The notes beneath the pieces were generated by a model that saw only the letters and a list, made by a program, of their open reading frames with translations, was not told the DNA's origin and did no database searches. Shown in pieces: positions 36,728 through 46,212 of a DNA stretch of 64,000 nucleotides. How positions within the stretch are numbered: position 1 is the first letter of the stretch; every line of letters starts with the position of its first letter. Source of the DNA: Candidatus Omnitrophota bacterium (GTDB lineage Bacteria > Omnitrophota > Gorgyraeia > 2-01-FULL-45-10); NCBI GenBank assembly GCA_041648975.1, contig JBAZNZ010000007.1, positions 4,807-68,806 of the forward strand, in the 5' to 3' direction. The position numbers and the translations under genes were made by a program.

Positions 36728-37111
36728 ATGAATATATTCAGGTTCCATAAGGCTGAAAAGTTCCCGCCTATGGTAAAGGGCATCGAAAAATATGAGAATT
36801 TCTCCGTCGTCAAGCTTGCGGGGGCGTTTGATTTTGATACTATGCCCTCCATCGAGAGGGTTATAAGAGAACATAAGGGGCATGGACATATCGACCAGGA
36901 TGTAGTCCTCGATTTTAAAGAAGTCACGCATATCGATACTTCAACGTTGGCCGTGTTGATCTATATCATGAATACATTAAAACAAGGGCAAAGAAAGCTG
37001 TGCCTGATAAATTGCGGTAAGCTGGTAAAAGATTATATAAAAATAAACAGATTACAATCCGTTATCCATGTTTACAGGTCATTGAAGGATGTGCCTTGTA
37101 AAACGGAATAA
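36728..37111 (+). CDS. STAS-domain protein (anti-sigma-factor antagonist-like)
   Basis: A 127-aa SpoIIAA-like fold pattern (FSVVKLAGAFDFDT...VVLDFKEVTHIDTSTLAVLI). Confidence 0.5.
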   Translation: MNIFRFHKAEKFPPMVKGIEKYENFSVVKLAGAFDFDTMPSIERVIREHKGHGHIDQDVVLDFKEVTHIDTSTLAVLIYIMNTLKQGQRKLCLINCGKLVKDYIKINRLQSVIHVYRSLKDVPCKTE

Positions 37112-37165
37112 TAAGGGTATAATAACCACTCATACAAAACGAAAGATACCTTCAGGGAGAATGAA

Positions 37166-38539
37166 ATGCCGGAAGAAAAATATTCGCATAAGGTAGTAAA
37201 AAAGATCCGGTTCAGGATACCGGATGTCCCGGGAGCGTTAGGCACCCTTGCCATCGAGCTCGGCATAGAAGGCGTGACTTTAGGAGATATCACTAAGATA
37301 CACCTGACGTCAAACTATATAGTAAGGGATATCATAGCGTTCTTCGATGACGAAAAGCACTTTCTTAAAGCGATAGCCTCAGTCAAGAAGCTCAAAGGTT
37401 ATAAGATATTGGATATACAGGATGAGGTCTTAAACCTGCACAAAGGCGGAAAGATAGAGGTGAGATCCCGAGTGAAGGTTGAGACTCTCAATGACCTGCG
37501 CATGATCTATACTCCGGGCGTCGCGCAGGTCTGTAATTATATTGTTGCCAATCCCGCCGCGGCGAGAAAATATACATCCATAGGCAATACCGTATGTATC
37601 GCGACTAATGGCTCCGCCGTCCTGGGATTGGGGGATATAGGGGTCCTGGCCGCGATGCCGGTAATGGAAGGGAAATCGATAATACTGAATAAGATGGCGA
37701 ACGTGAGCTGTGTCCCGCTGTTGATGCAAAGCGACGACGCCGGTGAGATTGTCAATGCGCTTTCCTGCATCGCGGAAACATTCGGCGCTATCATGATAGA
37801 AGACGTCAAGGCGCCTCTCTGTTTCGAGATCGAACAGAAATTACAGAAGAAGGTCAGAGTGCCTGTATTCCACGACGACCAGCACGGCACCGCGACCGTC
37901 ATATTGGCCGCATTGATAAAAGCGCTTAAGATCGTCAAAAAAAGAAAAGATAAAGTAAGCATTGTGATAAACGGCGCGGGCGCGGCCGGTATTGCCGCGG
38001 CAAGGCTTCTATTGGGATACGGTTTTAAGGATATAGCGCTATGCGACAGGGCGGGCGCCATCTATGAAGGCCGAACAGGCGATATGAATAAATATAAGAA
38101 AGAGATTGCCCATGTTACAAACAGACGCCGGGAGAAAGGAGCCCTGAAAGATATACTGCCGGGAAAAGACGTATTCATCGGCCTATCGGCTCCGGGCATG
38201 GTTACCAGGGAGATGGTGCGGAATATGAATAAGCGCCCAATCATTTTTGCTCTGGCTAATCCCATACCGGAGATATGGCCGAAAGAGGCCGAAGAAGCCG
38301 GGGCTGCCATAGCGCTGGACGGGCGGACCATAAACAACGCGCTCGCGTTCCCCGGGATCATGCGCGGCGCGCTGGACGCGCGCGCCTGTGAGATAACCAC
38401 GGATATGAAGTTTTCCGCGGCCGAAACGATCGCGTCGTTATCCGGGAAAAATGAAGTCGTCCCTAATTTCATGAATTTAGCCGTGCATAAGAGCGTTGCG
38501 CGCTCCGTATTCCTTGCCGCCGGAGGGACCAGGCGATAA
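37166..38539 (+). CDS. NAD(P)-dependent malic enzyme with N-terminal ACT-like domain
   Basis: IYTPGVAQVC, a GAGAAGIAAARLL Rossmann motif and the malic enzyme core; 457 aa. Confidence 0.8.
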   Translation: MPEEKYSHKVVKKIRFRIPDVPGALGTLAIELGIEGVTLGDITKIHLTSNYIVRDIIAFFDDEKHFLKAIASVKKLKGYKILDIQDEVLNLHKGGKIEVRSRVKVETLNDLRMIYTPGVAQVCNYIVANPAAARKYTSIGNTVCIATNGSAVLGLGDIGVLAAMPVMEGKSIILNKMANVSCVPLLMQSDDAGEIVNALSCIAETFGAIMIEDVKAPLCFEIEQKLQKKVRVPVFHDDQHGTATVILAALIKALKIVKKRKDKVSIVINGAGAAGIAAARLLLGYGFKDIALCDRAGAIYEGRTGDMNKYKKEIAHVTNRRREKGALKDILPGKDVFIGLSAPGMVTREMVRNMNKRPIIFALANPIPEIWPKEAEEAGAAIALDGRTINNALAFPGIMRGALDARACEITTDMKFSAAETIASLSGKNEVVPNFMNLAVHKSVARSVFLAAGGTRR

Positions 38540-38623
38540 AAAAATAATCTGCCTGGTGATTTTTTTAAAAAAGTATGGTATATTAATGAAACTTATAAAA
38601 TTAAGATGGAGCCATAATCAAGA

Positions 38624-39736
38624 ATGAAAAGAAATATTTTTTTAATAATAATGGGTCTTTTCCTGACAGCGGCATTGTTCACGCCCCTCAAGGAAACCCT
38701 ATCCTCGATCCTGGAGCCTGGCGCCCCCGTAATATCTCTTCCGGCGCAAACGATGCTCCCGGAGTCGCTCAGCCCTTATACCGAACTGCCTTATAAAGAA
38801 CTGATAGTCCCTCCTGAGCCGTCCGTGTCATTACATACGCCATGCGTTGTGGAATTACCTGACGGAGAATTGTTCGCCGTCTACTCTCATACGATGGACT
38901 GGAGGTCCCGCAGGTCTCTCTGGAGCTCAAGGCTGCCGCCCGGCGCCCGTGAATGGACTAAGCCGTCAGTTATTAAGAATAACCATACAATGGACGAAAA
39001 AAATCCCGTGCTTTTCCTGGATAAGGATAATAAGCTGCGGATGTTATGGGCATTACAGCAGAATCCTTCAAAATGGAACCACCGGGATATTATACAGGTA
39101 AGGGTATCCAATGATCTTGGGAATACATGGGAAGAGGCCCATAATCTCGGGACGCCTGTGGGATATCTGACGAGAACGCATCCGGTAAGGCTTCATAACG
39201 GTTGGTTCGTTTTGCCCATATATATGGATTGGAGCGCTTCTTCCGCTGTCGTTATTTCCAAAGACGGCGGCTTAACCTGGGGTAAACCTAAATGGATATT
39301 ACCATTCCTCGGCATTGAGCCGGCCATGATCCAGAGGTCAGATCAGAGTTTATTCGCGCTTATGCGTTCCGGGATGTGGCCTCGCAGGTGCTGGCAGGCG
39401 GTGAGTAAAGACCTCGGACGCAACTGGAAAGAGCGAAGTGTTTCCGACATCAATAACCCGGGTTCTGCTCTTGATATGGTGAAGCTCCGGAACGGGCATG
39501 TTGTACTGGTATTCAATAATTCCAAGAAGAACAGGTATAATTTAAGCCTCGCCTTATCATACGACGACGGTAAAACATGGCCGCATATAAAATCAATCGA
39601 GGACCAGGACGGCCATGTCTATGCCTATCCTTCTATAATCCAGGATAGGTACGGGCTTATCCATGTGGTGTACGCTTACGATAATCACCGGAACATAGCT
39701 CATTTCGTAACGAATGAAAAGTGGATAGAGGACTAA
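38624..39736 (+). CDS. BNR/Asp-box repeat glycoside hydrolase (sialidase-like), secreted
   Basis: Signal peptide and four SxDxGxTW Asp-boxes (SNDLGNTW, SKDGGLTW, SKDLGRNW, SYDDGKTW). Confidence 0.7.
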   Translation: MKRNIFLIIMGLFLTAALFTPLKETLSSILEPGAPVISLPAQTMLPESLSPYTELPYKELIVPPEPSVSLHTPCVVELPDGELFAVYSHTMDWRSRRSLWSSRLPPGAREWTKPSVIKNNHTMDEKNPVLFLDKDNKLRMLWALQQNPSKWNHRDIIQVRVSNDLGNTWEEAHNLGTPVGYLTRTHPVRLHNGWFVLPIYMDWSASSAVVISKDGGLTWGKPKWILPFLGIEPAMIQRSDQSLFALMRSGMWPRRCWQAVSKDLGRNWKERSVSDINNPGSALDMVKLRNGHVVLVFNNSKKNRYNLSLALSYDDGKTWPHIKSIEDQDGHVYAYPSIIQDRYGLIHVVYAYDNHRNIAHFVTNEKWIED

Positions 39737-39795
39737 AGATGTTGCGGCGACGTTCCTGCATGATATAAGCGGTTTTTTATTTTGGAGAAGTTATC

Positions 39796-42030
39796 ATGAG
39801 AAGGCTTCTTTTGTTCATATTGCCGATCCTTATCATCGTGACGATAGCGTTTATCGGCTTTGGCATATTCCAGGTCAGGACGGAAGAGAAGCGGCTGCTT
39901 GACGAGCTGATGCGGAAAGCCAGGGCCGTAGCGGAGAGCATGGAGCTATCTGTACAGCATGCCCTGGCAAATAACAACATACGCGACGCCAGATGGTTGG
40001 TTGAAAAATTCCAGAGGAGGGAAAGGTCGCAGGGATGCGTTATTTATGACAAGGACGGAAACGTCATAGCGATTACCGACAGGTTCTCGGAATGGACGCA
40101 CAGGCCTAAACCGTATATAAAAGACGCGATCGCGAGTAAGGATGCGCGGGGAGTGGTCGAGCAATTCAAGGATTACAGCGTTTACAGTTTTGTCCTGCCG
40201 ATAACAAATGATGAGGGAAACGCTATAGGCGCGGAAGAAGTCTTGTACGATACCTCATATGTCTTTACGCAGATGGCCGAGCTGTGGAAGAGGCTGAGTA
40301 CGGTCCTGATAACGCTCATGATATTTATCATATTGATCTCGTTACTGGTGCAGCGCCAGATATTTACCGCTCCGGTAGAGCAGCTTACCGAATGGTTCAG
40401 GCGGTTCCAGAAAGGCGAGATAGATACTAAGCATCCGATCAATGAGAAAGGGGAACTCGGTAAGTTGGCCAGTGAGGTAGAGCAGGCCGCTCTCAGCATA
40501 AGAGTGGCCCGGAAAGCTGTGAGCGAAGAGGCTACCGAGAGGATACAGAAGGAAGACCTGTGGACCGACGCGAGATTAAAAGATGTCGTAAGGTCGAAGC
40601 TGGGAGAGAACGCCCTATTCATCGCGTCAAACAGGGAGCCGTACCTGCATATGATGAATGAGATAACCGGCAAAGCCGAATGCACCCGTCCGGCCAGCGG
40701 CGTAGTAACGGCTCTCGACCCGATAATGCGCGCCTGCGGCGGGACATGGATCGCCCATGGCAGCGCAAACGCCGACAGGAGATTCGTTAATTCCAAAAAT
40801 AAGCTTGGAGTTCCGCCCGGCGAAGACCGTTATATACTGAAAAGGGTATGGTTAACGAAAGAGGAGGAGGACGGTTATTACTACGGGTTCTCGAATGAAG
40901 GCTTATGGCCGTTATGTCATATAACCTATACGAGGCCGATATTCAGGGAGTCTGATTGGCAGACTTACAAAAAGGTCAACCAGAAGTTCGCGGATAACAT
41001 ATTGGAAGAGCTCCCCGGCAAGAACCCTTTTATATTCATCCAGGATTACCATTTTACCCTCCTGCCTCAGATGATAAAGTCAAAAAGGCCGGACGCGATC
41101 ATCGCGCTTTTCTGGCACATACCATGGCCGAATCCGGAAGTATTTTCGGTATGCCCCTATCAGGCGGAAATCCTGGACGGAATGTTGGGATGCGACCTGA
41201 TAGGGTTCCACGTCCAGTATCACTGCAATAATTTCATAGATACAGCGAATAGATTATTAGAATGCCGGATTGACACGGAAAAATTCAGCATAGTCCGCTC
41301 AGGCGTGGAGACATTAATACGGTCATTCCCGATAAGTGTGGATGTCGGGATTAATTCAACGATCGACCGGGATGAAGAAGAAGAGATAGCTAAAATCCGT
41401 AAAGAGTTTGAGCTTGACGGCAAGATAGTCGCTCTCGGCGTTGACAGGATAGATTATACAAAAGGCCTGGCCGAGCGCATGATGGCGGTTGACCGTTTCC
41501 TCGAAAAGTACCCGAACTATAAAGGTAAATTCGTGCTGATACAAATAGGAGCCCCCAGCAGGACGCATATAAAAAGATATCATGACCTTATGGGGGAACT
41601 TGATGAGTTGGCGGAAAGAATTAACTGGAAGTATATGAACGATGAATGGAAGCCTATAATATATCTCAAGCGGCATTTCTCGCCCGAAGAGATAAAACCG
41701 TTTTACAGGATCGCCGATATATGCATCGTGAGCTCGCTTCATGACGGGATGAATCTTGTAGCGAAAGAGTATATTGCCGCTAAGAACGACCTGAACGGCA
41801 GCCTCATATTAAGCCGGTTTACGGGCGCTGCAAGAGAACTAACCGACGCGGTCCAGGTCAACCCGTACTCTATGGAGGAGTTTGCCGATAGTATCAGGCT
41901 GGCCGCGGATATGCCGCTGCCGGAGAAGAAGAGGCGCATGGAAAATATGAGGAAGATCATCACGGATAATAATATCTACAAATGGGCGGGAAACATAATT
42001 ACGGAATTGACCACTATAAAGAAGGTATGA
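39796..42030 (+). CDS. otsA: Trehalose-6-phosphate synthase (GT20, OtsA) fused to an N-terminal two-TM periplasmic sensor-like domain and a HAMP-like linker
   Basis: TM1 (res 5-25), a periplasmic domain of about 150 aa, TM2 (about res 175-195), and an amphipathic linker of about 50 aa. The GT20 core follows (IALFWHIPWP, GVDRIDYTKG, ICIVSSLHDGMNLVAKEY). Confidence 0.75.
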   Translation: MRRLLLFILPILIIVTIAFIGFGIFQVRTEEKRLLDELMRKARAVAESMELSVQHALANNNIRDARWLVEKFQRRERSQGCVIYDKDGNVIAITDRFSEWTHRPKPYIKDAIASKDARGVVEQFKDYSVYSFVLPITNDEGNAIGAEEVLYDTSYVFTQMAELWKRLSTVLITLMIFIILISLLVQRQIFTAPVEQLTEWFRRFQKGEIDTKHPINEKGELGKLASEVEQAALSIRVARKAVSEEATERIQKEDLWTDARLKDVVRSKLGENALFIASNREPYLHMMNEITGKAECTRPASGVVTALDPIMRACGGTWIAHGSANADRRFVNSKNKLGVPPGEDRYILKRVWLTKEEEDGYYYGFSNEGLWPLCHITYTRPIFRESDWQTYKKVNQKFADNILEELPGKNPFIFIQDYHFTLLPQMIKSKRPDAIIALFWHIPWPNPEVFSVCPYQAEILDGMLGCDLIGFHVQYHCNNFIDTANRLLECRIDTEKFSIVRSGVETLIRSFPISVDVGINSTIDRDEEEEIAKIRKEFELDGKIVALGVDRIDYTKGLAERMMAVDRFLEKYPNYKGKFVLIQIGAPSRTHIKRYHDLMGELDELAERINWKYMNDEWKPIIYLKRHFSPEEIKPFYRIADICIVSSLHDGMNLVAKEYIAAKNDLNGSLILSRFTGAARELTDAVQVNPYSMEEFADSIRLAADMPLPEKKRRMENMRKIITDNNIYKWAGNIITELTTIKKV

Positions 42031-42821
42031 AATATCTATTCTCGGATCATGAAAGGATAAAAAAGGAATTAAAAGGCAAATTCATATATCTATTTCTTGA
42101 TTACGACGGCACGCTCTCGCCTATAGCCGAGTCTCCCGGCAAGGCTGTTATGCCGCGAAAGACGAAAGATCTGCTCCGGAAGTTGTCAAAGATGCCGGAC
42201 CGGAAAATAGCTATTGTGAGCGGAAGGGCCCTGGCGGATATTTCAAAACGCGTAGGGTTAAAAAATATCGTATATGTGGGAAACCACGGATTTGAGATCA
42301 AGGGGCCGAAGATAGAATTTAAAAGCCCCGCGCCGATACGGTACAAAAAGGCGCTTGAGGAGATTAAGGCAAGATTGTCGGCAAACCTTTCTTCGGTCAG
42401 GGGCGTCTACATAGAAGACAAAGGGTTTTCCCTGAGCGTGCATTACAGGTTGGTGGATAAAAAAAGAGCGCCATTGGTAAAATCAGAATTTTTTTCCGCC
42501 GTTCTTTTACACGAATTAAGGAATACGGTCAACGTTAAGCCGGGGAAGATGGTGCTGGAAGTAAGGCCGCCGGTGCCGTGGGATAAGGGGAAGGCCGTCC
42601 TGTGGCTTTTAGGCCGCCGCTTATTCGCGATGCGGGATAGAAAGAAGAAGGTCCTCCCTGTATATATAGGCGATGACATAACGGATGAAGACGCGTTTAA
42701 ATCTCTGAAAGGCCGGGGTATTACAATATCTGTGGGTAAAGCGGATAGGACAACGGCCCGGTATTATGTAAGGGATACTGAAGAAGTCGCGATGTTTTTA
42801 GAAGCCGTTTCAATGGTATAA
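42027..42821 (+). CDS. otsB: Trehalose-6-phosphate phosphatase (HAD family, OtsB)
   Basis: HAD motif I LFLDYDGTL; ATGA overlap with otsA. Confidence 0.8.
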   Translation: MKYLFSDHERIKKELKGKFIYLFLDYDGTLSPIAESPGKAVMPRKTKDLLRKLSKMPDRKIAIVSGRALADISKRVGLKNIVYVGNHGFEIKGPKIEFKSPAPIRYKKALEEIKARLSANLSSVRGVYIEDKGFSLSVHYRLVDKKRAPLVKSEFFSAVLLHELRNTVNVKPGKMVLEVRPPVPWDKGKAVLWLLGRRLFAMRDRKKKVLPVYIGDDITDEDAFKSLKGRGITISVGKADRTTARYYVRDTEEVAMFLEAVSMV

Positions 42822-42834
42822 AGACGGGTGTGTT

Positions 42835-43506
42835 ATGGCGGAAAAAGAGATAATTAAAGCGAGGGAGCCGTTTCGCTTCTATACGCGTCTCAATCTTTCC
42901 GAGTTGACCGGATTAAAGGCGTCAAATATGGAAGAACTGCTGGATCGCATAAAACAGGTGCCGGAATCCAGCATCTATCACCATACGCACAGGTTCCTAC
43001 AGCAGCATCAGCATCTATCGCCCGAACCGCCCAATGACTTCGCGTATTGGGTCACGAACGCGCTTGGAGAGAAAGAACTGGGTGAGGAGCTGGCAAGTAT
43101 AGATACGATACAGTTCAGCGCTATCAGCGATCTGCGTCAGGCCTTCATATCGGTCATCGAAGCCTACTTGAAAGACAATCCCGAATCCAGGAATAGGTCG
43201 ACGCACGGAAGCGGCGCGTTCTATTTCATAAAATCCCTGAGTTTCATCCTTCCCACAGGATATGAAGCCAACGACCTATTGGAATTTTCCCGCATCCTTG
43301 AAAATATTTCCATAGATTCTATATATTTTCATATATTCGAAGCGCGCCTCAGGGTCGGAAAGAAAATCAATGATTTTTCCTACTGGATAGAGAGTTCGCT
43401 GGGCAATAAAAGACTGGCGGATTCAATATCGAGGCTGGATCCTTATACCTATACGCTGGAAGATCTCAGGAAGACTATCATAGAGAGGGTCTCAAAATGC
43501 ATATAA
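42835..43506 (+). CDS. Hypothetical cytoplasmic protein embedded between otsB and treT
   Basis: A 223-aa ORF with no TM helix and no recognised domain. Confidence 0.4.
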   Translation: MAEKEIIKAREPFRFYTRLNLSELTGLKASNMEELLDRIKQVPESSIYHHTHRFLQQHQHLSPEPPNDFAYWVTNALGEKELGEELASIDTIQFSAISDLRQAFISVIEAYLKDNPESRNRSTHGSGAFYFIKSLSFILPTGYEANDLLEFSRILENISIDSIYFHIFEARLRVGKKINDFSYWIESSLGNKRLADSISRLDPYTYTLEDLRKTIIERVSKCI

Positions 43507-43513
43507 TCACGAT

Positions 43514-44725
43514 ATGGCAAAGATAGAAGAATATATCCCTATAGTCGGACAGGCGACGATAGATGACCTGCGCCGGATCAGCGATAAGCTGAAAGGAAAG
43601 GTCATACAAAATATCAATTCGACCTCGGTCGGGGGAGGCGTGGCGGAGATACTTAGCCGTATGATACCCTTGTTAAAAGAATTAGGCCTCGACGCGCGGT
43701 GGGACGTCATCAAGGGAGGCGCCCAGTTTTTTGAGGTAACGAAGAAATTCCATAACGCGCTTCATGGCAAAGCGGAAGATATCAAACAGCAGGACTTCGA
43801 TATCTTCATGGAGACAAGTCAGGCGAATATCGACCAGGTAGATACGTACGGAGACATCATCCATATTCACGACCCCCAGCCGATAGCCATGGTCAATAAA
43901 AAAAAGGACAATAAATGGATATGGCGCTGCCATATTGATATATCGGACCCCGATCGCAAGGTTTGGGACTTTCTTAAGGGCTTCGTAGTGAAATATGACG
44001 CGGCGGTCTTTTCCGCGCCCAGTTTTACGCGAAGACTGCCGAACAGGCAGTTCCTGATATCGCCGTCCATAGATCCCACGAGCGATAAGAATAGGGAACT
44101 GCCGCAGGATGTTATAGACGGGATCCTGAAAAAATATGAGATCAAAAATGATAAGCCGATAATAACCCAGATATCCAGGTTTGACAGGCTGAAAGACCCG
44201 GTGGGCGTAATAAAAGCGTATGAAAACGTCAAAAAGTACGTTGATTGCCGGCTTATTCTTGCCGGAGGAGGCGCTCAAGACGATCCGGAGGGGGTGGAGG
44301 TGCTGGAGGAGGTGCGGGAAAAAGCCAGGCATGACGCGGATATCCATGTGTTATTATTGCCCCAGGATGATATAGTCGTGAACGCGCTTCAGCGCGCTTC
44401 AGCGGTAATAGTGCAGAAATCCCTTAAAGAGGGTTTTGGGCTGACGGTTGCCGAAGCCTTATGGAAGGCGAAGCCGGTTGTGGCGTCAAATGTCGGAGGT
44501 ATCCCTCTCCAGATAGCGCATAAATATTCCGGGCTTTTATGCCACTCCATCGAAGGGGCCGCGTTTTCGATAAAACAGCTGCTCAACAGCCCTAAATACG
44601 CCAAAAAGCTCGGAGAGAACGGCCGGGAGCACATAAAGAATAATTTTTTGATAACGCGCCATATAAGAGATTACATGCTGCTATTCCTGTCGCTATATTA
44701 TAATGAGGATACCGTATATTTATAA
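43514..44725 (+). CDS. treT: GT4 glycosyltransferase of the TreT (trehalose glycosyltransferring synthase) type
   Basis: N-terminal NSTSVGGGVAEIL...LGLDARWDVIKG...FFEVTKKFHNALHG pattern characteristic of TreT; C-terminal GT4 E-x7-E region. Confidence 0.6.
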   Translation: MAKIEEYIPIVGQATIDDLRRISDKLKGKVIQNINSTSVGGGVAEILSRMIPLLKELGLDARWDVIKGGAQFFEVTKKFHNALHGKAEDIKQQDFDIFMETSQANIDQVDTYGDIIHIHDPQPIAMVNKKKDNKWIWRCHIDISDPDRKVWDFLKGFVVKYDAAVFSAPSFTRRLPNRQFLISPSIDPTSDKNRELPQDVIDGILKKYEIKNDKPIITQISRFDRLKDPVGVIKAYENVKKYVDCRLILAGGGAQDDPEGVEVLEEVREKARHDADIHVLLLPQDDIVVNALQRASAVIVQKSLKEGFGLTVAEALWKAKPVVASNVGGIPLQIAHKYSGLLCHSIEGAAFSIKQLLNSPKYAKKLGENGREHIKNNFLITRHIRDYMLLFLSLYYNEDTVYL

Positions 44726-44739
44726 TTTTTAGGAGAGAT

Positions 44740-46197
44740 ATGATGCTGGAACATATCGCGTCTTATTTTCAATATGTGAAATTTACGGATGTTGCCGATA
44801 TCGGAATCATTTCTATATTTATATATCTGATACTGGTCTGGTTCAAAAAGACCAGGGCGCGTTTCATATTGATCGGCATGATAATGCTGGCGTTTCTCTA
44901 TATATTGGCCCGCTTATTCGGTCTTTATTTGACCACCGTGGCCCTGCAGGCGTTTTTCGCGGTGGCTTTTATTATGATAGCCATAATATTTCAGGACGAT
45001 TTTCGCCACTTTTTCGAGAGAATCGGGATTTTCGGCGTTAAGCGCAGAGAGCGCGGCGTAAAGCCATTTTCGCAAAACGCGGAAATTATATTAAGCGCCC
45101 TGGCTAACCTGTCCCGCAAAAGGATAGGAGCCCTGATCGTTATAAGAGGGGAAGATCCTCTCGACAGGCACCTTGAGGCGGGCCTTGACGTTGACGCGAT
45201 GGTGAGCCAGGTCCTTCTCGAAAGCATCTTTGACCGCCACGTGCCAAGCCACGACGGCGCCGTAATTATCGAGGGAGGCCGCGTAACTAAATTAGGATGC
45301 CATTTGCCGCTTTCAACGAATATCAAAGAGATCGGGCGGCTCGGTACGCGCCATGCCGCGGCATTAGGCATAGCCGAAAATACAGACGCCCTCTCCCTTG
45401 TTGTTTCAGAAGAGGAGGGGAGCATTTCGGTGGCGGAGGACGGCAGAATAAGGCATTTAAAAGACGCCGCGCACCTTAATAGCACGCTGATGGAATTTTA
45501 CCGGAAGAAATTTCCGGAAAAGAAGACCATGGGTTTAACGCGTTTTTTGACTGTCCATTATCCGGAGAAGATAATTGCCGTCCTGGTCGCCTTCAGCCTA
45601 TGGATGGCGTTCGGGCACCGGGTCGAAAATGTCCGCCGGGATTTTGTCGCCCCTATCGAATACAGGAACCTTGCCGAAAACCGGATCATTGACGAACCAA
45701 AGACAAAAGAGGTAACGGTAACATTGAGCGGCACCGAACAGGGATTCAATCTCATCCGTCAGGATGAATTAAAAATATCATTGGATATGTCGAAGATAGC
45801 GGACGGGACGAACGAGATAGCTCTTTCTAACGACATGGTGCGGAATTTTTCCAACCTATCGGTTGTCAATGTAGAACCCAGGCAGATCGTTTTAAACTCA
45901 TACCGGCTTATACCGCTTACGATACCGGTCGAATTAAAGACCAGGGGAAAACCTCCGCCGGGTATTATAGTGCGAAGCGTTAAGATAGAACCGGATTCAG
46001 TCTCGATCGTGATCCCAAGCACAGCATCACGCGATAAAATCTATATCAGCACGGAGCCTATTGACTTAACGGCGATAACCGAAACGACGACCGTCATCCC
46101 TAAGCTTATAGTCGCTCCTGATATCCGCTTTTCCGGCGACAAAAGCCCCGACCTGAAAGTCATCGTTGAAGCCGAAAAGAAAAAAAGACCGGAGTAG
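44740..46197 (+). CDS. cdaA: Diadenylate cyclase CdaA (three TM helices plus DAC domain) fused to C-terminal YbbR-like (CdaR) repeat domains
   Basis: DAC motifs DGAVII and GTRHAAALG. A C-terminal extension of about 200 aa has repeated beta-rich YbbR-like modules. Confidence 0.75.
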   Translation: MMLEHIASYFQYVKFTDVADIGIISIFIYLILVWFKKTRARFILIGMIMLAFLYILARLFGLYLTTVALQAFFAVAFIMIAIIFQDDFRHFFERIGIFGVKRRERGVKPFSQNAEIILSALANLSRKRIGALIVIRGEDPLDRHLEAGLDVDAMVSQVLLESIFDRHVPSHDGAVIIEGGRVTKLGCHLPLSTNIKEIGRLGTRHAAALGIAENTDALSLVVSEEEGSISVAEDGRIRHLKDAAHLNSTLMEFYRKKFPEKKTMGLTRFLTVHYPEKIIAVLVAFSLWMAFGHRVENVRRDFVAPIEYRNLAENRIIDEPKTKEVTVTLSGTEQGFNLIRQDELKISLDMSKIADGTNEIALSNDMVRNFSNLSVVNVEPRQIVLNSYRLIPLTIPVELKTRGKPPPGIIVRSVKIEPDSVSIVIPSTASRDKIYISTEPIDLTAITETTTVIPKLIVAPDIRFSGDKSPDLKVIVEAEKKKRPE

Positions 46198-46212
46198 CGC
46201 CATCGGGTATAT

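Noticed and set aside
39737-39795. Possible terminator between the BNR gene and otsA
   Set aside because: There is a T-run but no stable complementary stem.
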